20,000 bases of DNA from an uncultured virus (IMG/VR IMGVR_UViG_3300027969_000094) (IMGVR_UViG_3300027969_000094), one strand, 5' to 3'. Numbered from the stretch's first letter, positions 1 through 9,068 are shown. Program-made: numbers and translations. Notes: generated by a model from the sequence alone, not told the origin.

Positions 1-598
1 AATAAACAAGAACTTTTCCTGGATTACCAACATTACCAGGGTTAGCGCCACCTGGACCAGGGCTAGCGCCTGTAGTTTCACTTCCAGTTGTCCATAAGAC
101 AGGCTGATAAAGAGGTGAGCCACTTATTGTTAGTTGTGCTAAAGGTGAACTACCACCATTGCCTGGATTTCCTGGCTCGCCATTACCCAAACCACCATTA
201 CCACCATTACCACCATTTGCAGTTAACAAATTTCCAAAAGAACTTGCACCGCCAGCGCCGCCTGCATTTCCAAAGTTGGCATTATTGCCACGATTACCGC
301 CGTTTCCAACAGTAACTGTGTAAGCTGTGCTTGCAGTAGTTGTGTAGTAACCAGCGCCGACAATTCCTGTACCGCCGCCGCCGCCATAAGACTGTGAGGG
401 TGAACCGCCACCAGAGCCGCCACCTGCGCCACCTACAACAACATAGACTCTTGTGACATTTCCTGGGGTTGTAAAAGTACCAGAGGTGTTAAAAGTTTGT
501 ACTGATGAAATGCCACCGCCCGCCGAACCAGGGAAAGCAGTATTCTGAGTTGTTGCATCGTTAAAAACTATATTAGTTCCGTTTACTGTTACTGACAT
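1..598 (-). CDS. Glycine-rich tail/virion protein; partial, runs off the left window edge; not in ORF track
   Basis: Manual translation from ATG at 598 is open to position 1: MSVTVNGTNIVFNDATTQNTAFPGSAGGGISSVQTFNTSGTFTTPGNVTRVYVVVGGAGGGSGG...GNPGKVLVY. The TF.TSGTF/V.V.GAGGG and terminal G.V.VY patterns are typical of phage glycine-rich domains. Strong RBS TAGGAGC-AAAAA-ATG. Confidence 0.85.
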   Translation of the reverse strand, partial: MSVTVNGTNIVFNDATTQNTAFPGSAGGGISSVQTFNTSGTFTTPGNVTRVYVVVGGAGGGSGGGSPSQSYGGGGGTGIVGAGYYTTTASTAYTVTVGNGGNRGNNANFGNAGGAGGASSFGNLLTANGGNGGNGGLGNGEPGNPGNGGSSPLAQLTISGSPLYQPVLWTTGSETTGASPGPGGANPGNVGNPGKVLVY

Positions 599-663
599 TT
601 TTTGCTCCTATAAATTAAACACTATTACCGCTACTTAACTTGTCTTGAATGGTTTTAGTCATA

Positions 664-1704
664 TTATGCTTTCATAATATATGCAAGAGCATAATATGGA
701 GGCAGGTTAGCATTTGTGCCAGACGAACCAGCAGCAGCAACAGTAGTTGTAATATTTGCGTTGCCTGTAGCAGTTGTTCCGCTTGTTGTTTGAATGTAAT
801 CAGGAATACTACCAGCAGCATTATTTGGTGATAATGATGGAGCTGTATAGCCATGCGTATGCCCTGCATCAGTAGAGGTTGCTGTATGAGTATGTGTTAC
901 TACAATTGCATTTGCTGAACCACCTGTTGCGGCTACGGCATAAGTAGAGCCAGCGCCAACAACAAATCTATCTCTTAAGTCTGGAGTTCCGCTTGAACCA
1001 TCACATAGCAGCCAACCACTAGGTATAGAAGCAATAGAGCCAGACCACAAAATAATAGCGCCAGATGGGATTCCATTAGCTAAAGCAAAAGCTGTAGTTG
1101 CTATTTGTGCTGTATTTGTTCCAGCGGCTGCATTTGGAGCTAAAGGAATTCCAGTAAGCGTAGGAGAAGCAGATAACACCATATTCCCTGTGCCAGTAAC
1201 CGCATTAGCTAGCGAGACTCCACCGTAGTTCAAAGCGCTAGACAAAGTTGTAGCACCAGACAAAGTTGTAGTCCCAGCTACCGTAAAGTTACCAGCTGTT
1301 CCAGATAGTCCAGAATAAAAATTTGTACCGTTGCAATAAACAAGTGTTGTAGCACCATTAGGAATATTTACACCTGTACCAGAAACTCCAATAACCCGAA
1401 TATCGTACCCACCTGTAGTATTGTTTACGATGGTGTACATTTTTTCCACAACTGGCGGTATTAAGTCACGAACAGCATTATTTGCACCAGTAACCACTAT
1501 AACTGCATTTCTAGCTTCGTCTGATACACCGTTAAAACTAGTAAGGGTGTAATTGGCATCCGCCATATTGACTGTAACAACACCAGTAATAGCTTGTTCC
1601 AGCAAAGTACCTAAGTTAGTATTGGTAGTCTGACCCCAAATACCCGCTTGATCTCCGTCCCCAATTAGGGTAATTTTTAAACTAGTTGAATATGTACTTG
1701 CCAT
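664..1704 (-). CDS. Tail/baseplate-associated protein with C-terminal tail-collar-like domain
   Basis: 346 aa, Thr/Gly/Ala-rich. C-terminal IPSGAIILWSG...GWLLCDG...TPDLRDRFVVGAG...NLPPYYALAYIMK is the phage tail-collar/short-fibre pattern. RBS AAGGA. Confidence 0.8.
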   Translation of the reverse strand: MASTYSTSLKITLIGDGDQAGIWGQTTNTNLGTLLEQAITGVVTVNMADANYTLTSFNGVSDEARNAVIVVTGANNAVRDLIPPVVEKMYTIVNNTTGGYDIRVIGVSGTGVNIPNGATTLVYCNGTNFYSGLSGTAGNFTVAGTTTLSGATTLSSALNYGGVSLANAVTGTGNMVLSASPTLTGIPLAPNAAAGTNTAQIATTAFALANGIPSGAIILWSGSIASIPSGWLLCDGSSGTPDLRDRFVVGAGSTYAVAATGGSANAIVVTHTHTATSTDAGHTHGYTAPSLSPNNAAGSIPDYIQTTSGTTATGNANITTTVAAAGSSGTNANLPPYYALAYIMKA

Positions 1705-1713
1705 AATTTATCC

Positions 1714-2445
1714 TTAAGCTGCTATTCCATCTGGAACTAAAACAGTAGTCCAATTTGGTGTTTGTACTGGGTTTATAACACCCCAAACGTTAACTGTATT
1801 TAGTCTAACAACCGTTATAACCCCAGTCAAATTAACAATTGCACTAACATCAACTGTTACAGTGCCAACTTCTCCAATTGCATAAACACCTGTTAAGTTA
1901 ACTACTGCAGTCGCTGTAGCGTCTACATTACCTAATCGACCTACTGCATAAACACCATTTAGATTAATGATTACAGAACCTTGAACTTCATAATCACCAA
2001 TAACACCAATGCTTGTTACACCTGTAACATTAACCGTAGCTCCACCAGTAGTCTCGGTAGTATTACCAAGAACCCCAATAGCGGATACTCCAGTAACATT
2101 AATTAGTACACCAATACCCTCAATGATTGTTACATTGCCGATAACTCCTATAGCGTTTACACCTGTTACATCAATGTTTTGGTCTGTTTGGGTATCTATG
2201 TTACCAATTCTACCTACTGCATATACTCCAGTTACTACAACATTTCCATCAGCCTGAACCGTTAAAGTACCAACCTGACCTATGGCATTTACGCCTGTTA
2301 CATTTATATTATTATCAGTGTTAACACCTACAGTACCAATAACACCTACTGCAGTTACCCCAGTAAGCTGAACTGAAATACCTTGGCTAGTATCACCAGT
2401 TCCAGCAAATGTATCGCCAGAGAAAGGAAACCCTGCAAAACTCAT
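1714..2445 (-). CDS. Repeat-containing virion structural protein (nine ~22-aa V-x-[LV]-T-G-V-x-A-x-G repeats)
   Basis: 243 aa, Val/Gly/Thr-rich. The ATG overlaps the upstream stop (TAATG at 2443-2447). Located in the tail module. Confidence 0.75.
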   Translation of the reverse strand: MSFAGFPFSGDTFAGTGDTSQGISVQLTGVTAVGVIGTVGVNTDNNINVTGVNAIGQVGTLTVQADGNVVVTGVYAVGRIGNIDTQTDQNIDVTGVNAIGVIGNVTIIEGIGVLINVTGVSAIGVLGNTTETTGGATVNVTGVTSIGVIGDYEVQGSVIINLNGVYAVGRLGNVDATATAVVNLTGVYAIGEVGTVTVDVSAIVNLTGVITVVRLNTVNVWGVINPVQTPNWTTVLVPDGIAA

Positions 2446-5432
2446 TATCTAGCCTTTAATTGAGCTATTTCCGCACGTAACTCTTCAACAGCTTTAGCAA
2501 GCTCAATAGCCGAAACTAATGCTGCACCGCCATAATTAACTGATAGGAACCCATCTGCGCCTTCAACTACGGCTTCTGGTAATACAGGCATAAAGGACTG
2601 CGCACCAACACCAGGCTCACGATTACCGCTATCTTTACGGCTAAATACACCGTGTTTAACTTTAGCCAGTTTTTCTATAAAGTCAGGAGCTACATCAGTC
2701 CAGTTTTCTTTTAAACGCTCATCTGAGTTAGATGTATGAACTGTAGCAGTTAAAGTACCTGTTGATGGGTTAAAGAATAGCTTGGTATTTGAAGTATTTG
2801 CTGCACTAATTGAGCCAGATGTAGCAGTAGTTAACGTTACATAATAACTAGCATTAGTAGTTGTATCGTTAGTAATTGTAATACCAGATGTTACCGCTGC
2901 CCAAGTAGAGTCACCTCGTAGATAGGTAGAACTATTAGCTGTTCCAGTTGCAAGACGAGCTGTAGCTACTGTTCCGCTAGAAATATTAGAAGCGTTTATA
3001 GAAGTAACTGCTGAACCATCACCACTAAATGTAGCTGTTATTGTTCCAGCAGCAAATTCACCAGAAGATCCACGCAAAACAATAGTAGAAGCACCGTTAG
3101 CAGAAGCAGCAGTCGTTCTTGCATTTGCAATAGTCCCCGAAGCAATGTTGGACGCATTAATAGCGGTTAAAGCTACGCCATTACCTGAGATAGAAACAGC
3201 CGTAATATCACCAGCACCGAAGCCACCAGAACCATCACGAAGAACAATTGTAGAAGCTCCATTAGCTGTAGCAGCTGTAGTACGAGCGTTAGCTACGGTT
3301 CCAGACGAAATATTAGACGCATTGATTGCACTAATTGCTGATCCATCTCCACTAAAGGCAGCGGAAATAGTATTGGCGCCAAAGTTACCAGTCGCATCAC
3401 GGAGAACTATTGTGCTTGCACTATTAGATGTATTACCTGTAGTACGAGCATTAGCAATTGTTCCGCTAGAGATATTGGACGCATTGATAGCTGTTAGGGC
3501 TACGCCGTTACCAGAAACGTTAGTAAATGAACCTGTAGTTGCAGTTACAGTAGTAGCGTTTACGTTTGTAAAAGTTCCAGCATTAGCTGTGCTACCGCCA
3601 ATAACTACATTATCAAGCGAACCACCAGTAATAGTTACGGCATTAGCGTTCTGAGTAGACATCGTCCCCAGACCAGAAATATCAGCAGCAGCTACTTGTA
3701 CCCATGAAGGCGCAGCAGAGTTAGCTCCATCACCTACCTGTTGTAAGTACTTCTTAGTTGTTGTAATATTGCCAGTTAACTTAGCAAGACTATTAGTGGC
3801 GTTGGAATAAATAATATCGCCAAGCGTATAAGTAGACTGCCCTGTACCGCCATTAGTTGCACCTAAAGTACCAGATACAGCATTAGCAGAACCTAAAGCA
3901 ACGTTACCCCATGAAGGAAGTCCTCCAGCGCTAACAACTAAAGAGTTGTACTGAGAACCAATAGCTAGAGCACTAATCGTATTGGCAGTATTAGCGTAAA
4001 CAACATCACCAGCAACAAAGGTTGTTAAGTTTGTACCACCCTTATTTACAGGGACAGTGGTTAAAGAAATAGTCTGTCCAGACACATTAATTGGGGATGT
4101 GCCTATGTACGCAGGTACTCTACTAAATTCACCAAAAGTAATATTAGTAGTACCAAAAACAATTGTGCCTACCGTGTTAACCACAAAAGCGTAGTACGCT
4201 AAAGTATCACCAGCATTAACAAAATAGTAAGAACCTTGGCTAAATTCAGCTGAAGTATCGGAATCAGTAGCGCGAGTTAATATATACGCAGTCCCTGCGT
4301 CACCTTCTGTAGTAACTGTGTATACACCATTTTGCACAGCATTAGCTTGGCTTTGTACAAGGATACGGAATCCAGCATCAGCATTTTGCCCGTCAACACT
4401 TAAAAATCCTACGCCAGCAGCAGTAAGAGTTGCGCCTACACCATTTCCAGCACCGCCAGGTTGGTTATAAGTTGGAGTACCAGATAGTACAGCTACAGTT
4501 GCTAAATCAACAGCAGTATGAATATCAAGGCCAGCTGAAACAGCATTGTCAACATAAGCCTGAGTTACTAAAACAGTACTATTTGCAGCGTTGGCAATAT
4601 TGCCACCTGCATAAGCAAAGTTGGTAACAGTAACGTTATTAGCACCAAGAGTTTTAGTTACAGTAACGCCATTAGCAAAGGTAGCATTTTGGTCTGTACC
4701 AGAAATAGTAAGGGCTGTATTGTTAGGATCTACACCACCAGCAAAAACAACTACGTTTGCGTCTGGAGACTCTGTACCAATCATTAAACGACTTACTGTT
4801 GTAGCATTTCCGTAACTGTATAAGTAAGCGTCATTAGCTTGAAATATTGGGTACCCAGCTTGGTTATAAGCGCTACTAGCTATGCCCATATCCACAAAGA
4901 AATAAGTACCATCACCTAGCTCGTTATAAGCTGCAATATCCGTAGAGGCGTTAGCATCGCTACTTTGGTTCTGGATATAAAGCTGAGAATAATTAGCTTC
5001 ATTAGAAGTAAATTGAGCCAATGTAGAACTGAAAGCACCTGCCGTAGCGTTAGCGCCAACCACAGAAATAGGACCTTCGTTAAACTCAGTTAGTCCGTTT
5101 GTTTGTTGAAATACAGCTTGTTCAGAAGGATAGGTAATAAATACTTCAAGACCGTTAGTTCCAGCAGTAAAGTTTACAAGAGCGCCAGCATTTGAGGATG
5201 AGTAAACATTAGTTCTAACCAATGTATCTGGAGTAGTGAACGTACCATAGCCAACTTCCCACTCGGTATCATACCCAACAGCTAAGTTGTGAATACAGTA
5301 GTAAACAATAGATCCAGTAGGTACACACGATACAAATGTACGGTAGCCAGGAATAGCTCCGCCTAACGTAATATTCCCAGTACCAGAGCTAGAGCTAGTC
5401 TCTTTGACCCTATCTTGCAGAACTAAAGCCAT
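2445..5432 (-). CDS. Long tail fibre with C-terminal intramolecular chaperone (Peptidase S74-type)
   Basis: 995 aa. N-terminal LQDRVKET..S.GTG.ITL fibre-anchor-like start, Gly/Ser/Thr/Ala-rich shaft repeats, then the SDERLKENW autocleavage motif followed by a C-terminal coiled coil (AVEELRAEIAQLK). RBS GGGAGG. Confidence 0.88.
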   Translation of the reverse strand: MALVLQDRVKETSSSSGTGNITLGGAIPGYRTFVSCVPTGSIVYYCIHNLAVGYDTEWEVGYGTFTTPDTLVRTNVYSSSNAGALVNFTAGTNGLEVFITYPSEQAVFQQTNGLTEFNEGPISVVGANATAGAFSSTLAQFTSNEANYSQLYIQNQSSDANASTDIAAYNELGDGTYFFVDMGIASSAYNQAGYPIFQANDAYLYSYGNATTVSRLMIGTESPDANVVVFAGGVDPNNTALTISGTDQNATFANGVTVTKTLGANNVTVTNFAYAGGNIANAANSTVLVTQAYVDNAVSAGLDIHTAVDLATVAVLSGTPTYNQPGGAGNGVGATLTAAGVGFLSVDGQNADAGFRILVQSQANAVQNGVYTVTTEGDAGTAYILTRATDSDTSAEFSQGSYYFVNAGDTLAYYAFVVNTVGTIVFGTTNITFGEFSRVPAYIGTSPINVSGQTISLTTVPVNKGGTNLTTFVAGDVVYANTANTISALAIGSQYNSLVVSAGGLPSWGNVALGSANAVSGTLGATNGGTGQSTYTLGDIIYSNATNSLAKLTGNITTTKKYLQQVGDGANSAAPSWVQVAAADISGLGTMSTQNANAVTITGGSLDNVVIGGSTANAGTFTNVNATTVTATTGSFTNVSGNGVALTAINASNISSGTIANARTTGNTSNSASTIVLRDATGNFGANTISAAFSGDGSAISAINASNISSGTVANARTTAATANGASTIVLRDGSGGFGAGDITAVSISGNGVALTAINASNIASGTIANARTTAASANGASTIVLRGSSGEFAAGTITATFSGDGSAVTSINASNISSGTVATARLATGTANSSTYLRGDSTWAAVTSGITITNDTTTNASYYVTLTTATSGSISAANTSNTKLFFNPSTGTLTATVHTSNSDERLKENWTDVAPDFIEKLAKVKHGVFSRKDSGNREPGVGAQSFMPVLPEAVVEGADGFLSVNYGGAALVSAIELAKAVEELRAEIAQLKAR
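2952..3515 (-). repeat. Intragenic tandem repeat, about 3.5 units of 54-55 codons, in the tail fibre shaft
   Basis: Units SG[ND]G.A...INASNI.SGT[IV]A.AR...ASTIVLR start at 3515, 3353, 3188 and 3026 (spacings 162/165/162 bp). Confidence 0.9.
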
Positions 5433-5445
5433 ACGGCCTCCCTAA

Positions 5446-5877
5446 TTAACTAGCGGTCAAACGGATAATTGCACTGGTTGAATCTGCTGTTGGGAAGTTC
5501 ACTGCAAACGTACCGTTGGTTGAAGTCTTATCACCACCAAAAGATAGTACAGCAACAGCTGCATTTGCTACGTTTGCGTTATAAATTAAAGCTCCAGCAG
5601 CAGTAATAGTTGCATTTGACCAAGAAGTATTAGTAAACGAAATAAATGCTACGTTTCCAGTATTTGTTGGTGTTACGCTAACTGATAAAGTATTACCACC
5701 AGCACTGTAGTTACCTGTTGAAGCTACTTCATTGCTTGTAGTATATGCAGTTGTATTCTCATTTAAAGTAGCTGATGCTGTGTACAACGCTAACTTAAAT
5801 GTGTTTGCTGAAAAGTTTTGCTGACCATTCAAAAGTTGAACTTTAAACGATGTAGCCATTGCTTGAGTAATTGCCAT
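5446..5877 (-). CDS. Conserved-type phage tail/virion structural protein
   Basis: 143 aa with FKLALYT..ATL...TT.Y...NEV...Y.AGG and ITA.GALIYN motifs of a kind common in phage tail modules. RBS TAGGAGC-AAAAA-ATG. Confidence 0.7.
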   Translation of the reverse strand: MAITQAMATSFKVQLLNGQQNFSANTFKLALYTASATLNENTTAYTTSNEVASTGNYSAGGNTLSVSVTPTNTGNVAFISFTNTSWSNATITAAGALIYNANVANAAVAVLSFGGDKTSTNGTFAVNFPTADSTSAIIRLTAS

Positions 5878-5894
5878 TTTTTGCTCCTAAAAAA

Positions 5895-6803
5895 TTAATT
5901 GGTTGGCCCAGGTACAGGCATCCTAAGTTGTCCATCACGGTAGGCACTGCGTCTATCTTTACCTTCACCCAACATAGCAAGTAAAGCTAAAGATTCTTGG
6001 TACTTCTGCTCATAGTACGTAACCATATCTTGTTCTCCCTTTTGGAAGATCACAGCCTCACGTAATGAACCATATAACAAAACAGTTTCAAAATTATCAC
6101 CCAGCCAAGAAGTACCAGCTGCGTTTTGAATATTATTTACAAGTACAGAGAACCCACTTCCAGTACCACCTATTGTAGCGGTAGTAGCGCTTAAAGAGTT
6201 ACCAACAAGATATAAATATCCAGGGTTAACTAAAGTTAATGCAGTTACAGAACCACCAGATACAGTAATAGTTGCGGTTCCATTAGCTCCATCACCACCT
6301 GTTAATGTTATATTTTCATATACACCATCGGTATATCCAGAACCACCTGTAATGGAACCAAAACCAGCAATACCACCTTGAACTATAGTTGTTGGGTAAT
6401 AGTAATAGTTCAACTCAGTCTGATAAGCAGCGTTTGGGGTAGGTCCAATAATGTAGGTATATGGTAAAAACTGAGCATAGTATTTTGGAATACCTGTATC
6501 GGTAGTTGGGTTTGGGTAAGACTGACGAATAAAGTTAACGTCTTTATCTATTAGATACTCATAATTTCCACTTGCATCAATAACTGCAAGGGAAAATGAA
6601 GCTAGATAATCAGTAGGCAAGGCAAGGTATGTATCCCCGCTTGTAAAGCTACCAATAACGTTCTTACGAATAGCAGGTATCTGAACAGCGTTATAAACAC
6701 GCTCTTCACAAAGTTGTACAAAGTTTGGGATGTTCTGAACAAATAACTGTTCAGTTGATTCCGTATAGCTTTGAATAGCTGCAGATAGCTGCTGGAAGTT
6801 CAT
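5895..6803 (-). CDS. Putative head-tail adaptor / tail tubular protein with inserted beta-rich domain
   Basis: 302 aa. Helical N-terminus (IPNFVQLCEERVYN), YLALPTDYL, G.PKYYA, IGPTP..AY and WL...F..VLLYGSL.EA patterns resemble adaptor proteins. Lies between head and tail genes. Confidence 0.65.
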   Translation of the reverse strand: MNFQQLSAAIQSYTESTEQLFVQNIPNFVQLCEERVYNAVQIPAIRKNVIGSFTSGDTYLALPTDYLASFSLAVIDASGNYEYLIDKDVNFIRQSYPNPTTDTGIPKYYAQFLPYTYIIGPTPNAAYQTELNYYYYPTTIVQGGIAGFGSITGGSGYTDGVYENITLTGGDGANGTATITVSGGSVTALTLVNPGYLYLVGNSLSATTATIGGTGSGFSVLVNNIQNAAGTSWLGDNFETVLLYGSLREAVIFQKGEQDMVTYYEQKYQESLALLAMLGEGKDRRSAYRDGQLRMPVPGPTN

Positions 6804-6806
6804 AAT

Positions 6807-7073
6807 TTATGCCATTGGTCCACGGCATTTAATGCCTTTGGTAGCAGCGCCACCTCCACGCATGGTAATTTCGCCATTTTTGTTCATTGGGGTGTAGTTA
6901 CCTTTGCTAATACCAGCAACAGACATATTAACGTCATTAACACCGTTTTTACCTGGTTTAACAACAGAGTCTTTAGCTGTAGTCATAGCTTTGCCGTCCA
7001 TAGTATGTGGCTTAGCATAGATACTGGCTGGACCAACTTCCTTGCCGCCTTTTTTCATAGAAAATTTAGCCAT
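6807..7073 (-). CDS. Small basic protein (MKKGG and RGGGAATKG motifs)
   Basis: 88 aa, Lys-rich, in the tightly packed minus-strand operon with a GAGGA RBS. Confidence 0.75.
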   Translation of the reverse strand: MAKFSMKKGGKEVGPASIYAKPHTMDGKAMTTAKDSVVKPGKNGVNDVNMSVAGISKGNYTPMNKNGEITMRGGGAATKGIKCRGPMA

Positions 7074-7075
7074 GA

Positions 7076-7267
7076 TTAACGTCCTCTTCCAGCTTTTTGG
7101 TTAGCTACTTTAGCCAAGTTACGACCCATTAGCTTCATGTTCTTATTTAAAGTACTTGTGCTAGCTTTTGGACCGCTTAAAATTACGCTTGGACCGCTAT
7201 TTGGATAAATCTTTGGGTCAGTTTTACCTTGTTTGGTAATACCATCCGCACCTTTTTTGTATCCCAT
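7076..7267 (-). CDS. Small basic protein (KGADGITKQGKT motif)
   Basis: 63 aa. RBS TAGGAG overlaps the upstream stop. Shares the ADG...GKT motif with genes at 9334-10079. Confidence 0.75.
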   Translation of the reverse strand: MGYKKGADGITKQGKTDPKIYPNSGPSVILSGPKASTSTLNKNMKLMGRNLAKVANQKAGRGR

Positions 7268-7276
7268 TTTTAACTC

Positions 7277-7699
7277 CTAAGTTGTTGTTACTGTAACTGT
7301 ACCTAAAACTACACCAGAAACCAAGTCATTTGGCGTCATAGGCCAGTTAGACCCACCACCAACAGGGTTCCAACCCCACTGAAATACTCTACTACCTAAC
7401 TCAGGTACACCAAAACCGCTTGGTGTAACTCCACCATTTATTTCCGTCTGCAACCCGCTTTGCCCTGATACTAAGTAGCTTACATCAGGTCTTGGCTCTC
7501 GTACAGCTTGTGGGTCATTTACTGGATACAGACCTAATGATAACTGTGGTTGATCTGGATCCCAACAAGATCTACAAACTTTAACTTGGTAAGGTTTAGT
7601 CTTTAATATCTGTATCCGTAATTCCTTAAGCATATATCGCTGAGCGCATCTATCGCATTCAGCAATTGAATTCTTTCCAGAAGCATATTTACTTGGCAT
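7277..7699 (-). CDS. Hypothetical phage protein with two CxxC motifs (putative Zn-binding)
   Basis: 140 aa, containing CDRC and CRSC followed by DP.QPQL. Confidence 0.75.
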   Translation of the reverse strand: MPSKYASGKNSIAECDRCAQRYMLKELRIQILKTKPYQVKVCRSCWDPDQPQLSLGLYPVNDPQAVREPRPDVSYLVSGQSGLQTEINGGVTPSGFGVPELGSRVFQWGWNPVGGGSNWPMTPNDLVSGVVLGTVTVTTT

Positions 7700-7705
7700 G
7701 GCATA

Positions 7706-8644
7706 TCATCGGTAGTAGAACGAATTACGTGGTACAAACCGAACAGGGGCTTTTTCCCGATCTTCGGAAGAAGCAAAGTCCCATTGCTGCTCATAATCAG
7801 CTTTTAGCATGGCTATTCTATTCATATCCACTTCAGGCATTTTACTGCTTAAATAAAAGGCAAGACCAGCAGCCATACAAGGTATAAAGCGGAACGGTAT
7901 ATCTTCAGTTCTTACGCCTGTACCCGCATCTTGCATCCTGCGTAACCTGTAATACACAAAAGTGTATTGGTTTCCTGGAGGGTTTGGAGTAGGCCAAACG
8001 TTAATACAAGGCAGGTTATTTACATAGACATCTGCAAGCGCTGCATGGCTAGTAGCTGTAGTGCCGTTTTGACCACGCCAAGCGTTAAGTATTTGATTTC
8101 CAACAATATTTTGATAGCCGATAGTTTCAGCGCCAATGTTTACAAAACCCTGAGTAGGTAAACCAGTTACTGAAGTAAGAGTAATAGTAGTATCTTCATC
8201 AGATATTGGATACCCAACAGCAAGGGTTGTCTGCGGGATGGTAGCTATGTTTCCTGATTGACGGTTAACCCATACTTGGATAGGTCGTCCATTAGCATTT
8301 TTATTAGGAATAGTAATGTAAGTAGACTCGCTAATACGGCTGATGTTAATGTCAATCTGGTTATTAGCTTGCCCGTTGTTAGTCCTGACAACAGTATCTA
8401 GAAGGTCAATGGTGTCTACAGGAATGGGGTAAATAGCCTGATTGGTATTCATCACAATCTGACCCTGTTCAATAGTCCACAGGTTAATACCCCTGTTAGC
8501 CCACTCAATAGTCAATAAGTTTAAAGACCGCCTAGCAGTCCTAAAGTCATAACCAGAACGAAGCTCTAAACCACAACGCTCAAACGCCTCCTCAACGAGG
8601 TCATTCATGTCTAAGTTAAAGGTGGTTATGCCTGTAGTAGTCAT
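7706..8644 (-). CDS. Putative head-tail connector/adaptor (head completion protein) with inserted domain
   Basis: 312 aa. Helical N-terminus LVEEAFERCG...ARRSLNLL..EWANRG.NLW, plus GRP.Q and VWPTP, and C-terminal IP.RF..CM.AGLA.YL, resembling podovirus adaptor-type proteins. ATGA overlap with the upstream gene. Confidence 0.65.
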   Translation of the reverse strand: MTTTGITTFNLDMNDLVEEAFERCGLELRSGYDFRTARRSLNLLTIEWANRGINLWTIEQGQIVMNTNQAIYPIPVDTIDLLDTVVRTNNGQANNQIDINISRISESTYITIPNKNANGRPIQVWVNRQSGNIATIPQTTLAVGYPISDEDTTITLTSVTGLPTQGFVNIGAETIGYQNIVGNQILNAWRGQNGTTATSHAALADVYVNNLPCINVWPTPNPPGNQYTFVYYRLRRMQDAGTGVRTEDIPFRFIPCMAAGLAFYLSSKMPEVDMNRIAMLKADYEQQWDFASSEDREKAPVRFVPRNSFYYR

Positions 8645-8814
8645 TTCATCTTCTTCAAAGTTTGAGCTAATCTAGCTCTTTGCCCCAGTTTTCCTGGTTT
8701 TTTGGCTGCCGCTGCTAGCTTTTTGGCTGGGATTGGTTGACCCGCTTTTGCCCCCAATTGCGCTCTTAACGCCCCTGGTTTTTTAATTGCTTTTTGGATC
8801 CACTTTTCCGCCAT
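8641..8814 (-). CDS. Small very basic protein, 57 aa; not in ORF track
   Basis: Manual translation: MAEKWIQKAIKKPGALRAQLGAKAGQPIPAKKLAAAAKKPGKLGQRARLAQTLKKMK*. It exactly fills the gap between 8817 and 8644 and ends in an ATGA overlap. Confidence 0.85.
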   Translation of the reverse strand: MAEKWIQKAIKKPGALRAQLGAKAGQPIPAKKLAAAAKKPGKLGQRARLAQTLKKMK

Positions 8815-8816
8815 GA

Positions 8817-9068
8817 TTATTTAACCTTTCGGAATGGTTTTACTTTTGCTTTTACCTTTTGCGGCTGCGGCACGAACTGCTGCCCCTGTGCTTTTCCTGC
8901 TCGTTTTGCTCGTGTTGTTGCTGCGTACTCCTGTGGGCTTAACGCTTGTATTGCTTTTTTTGGCAGGTACCGCTCGCCTGTTTCGGACGACGGTTTTCCT
9001 GACTTGGTTGTCCACTTCTGGTCGCCCCAAGCCTTTAAAGAACGTTGCGATTTTGCTAAACCACTCAT
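8817..9068 (-). CDS. Small basic protein, resembling the C-terminal half of DUF5872-type proteins
   Basis: 83 aa with QRSLKAW..QKW.TKSG...GERYLPKKA...LS..E...T..KR...G.QFV. Family name recalled, not searched. ATGA overlap with the upstream gene. Confidence 0.75.
   Translation of the reverse strand: MSGLAKSQRSLKAWGDQKWTTKSGKPSSETGERYLPKKAIQALSPQEYAATTRAKRAGKAQGQQFVPQPQKVKAKVKPFRKVK

Noticed and set aside
88..432. His-rich plus-strand ORF 88..315 and minus-strand ORF 223..432
   Set aside because: Off-frame or antisense readings of the Gly/Asn codons of the real 1..598 gene.
3145..3654. 169-aa plus-strand ORF with internal repeats
   Set aside because: Antisense shadow of the repetitive tail-fibre shaft; no RBS and opposite to the operon.
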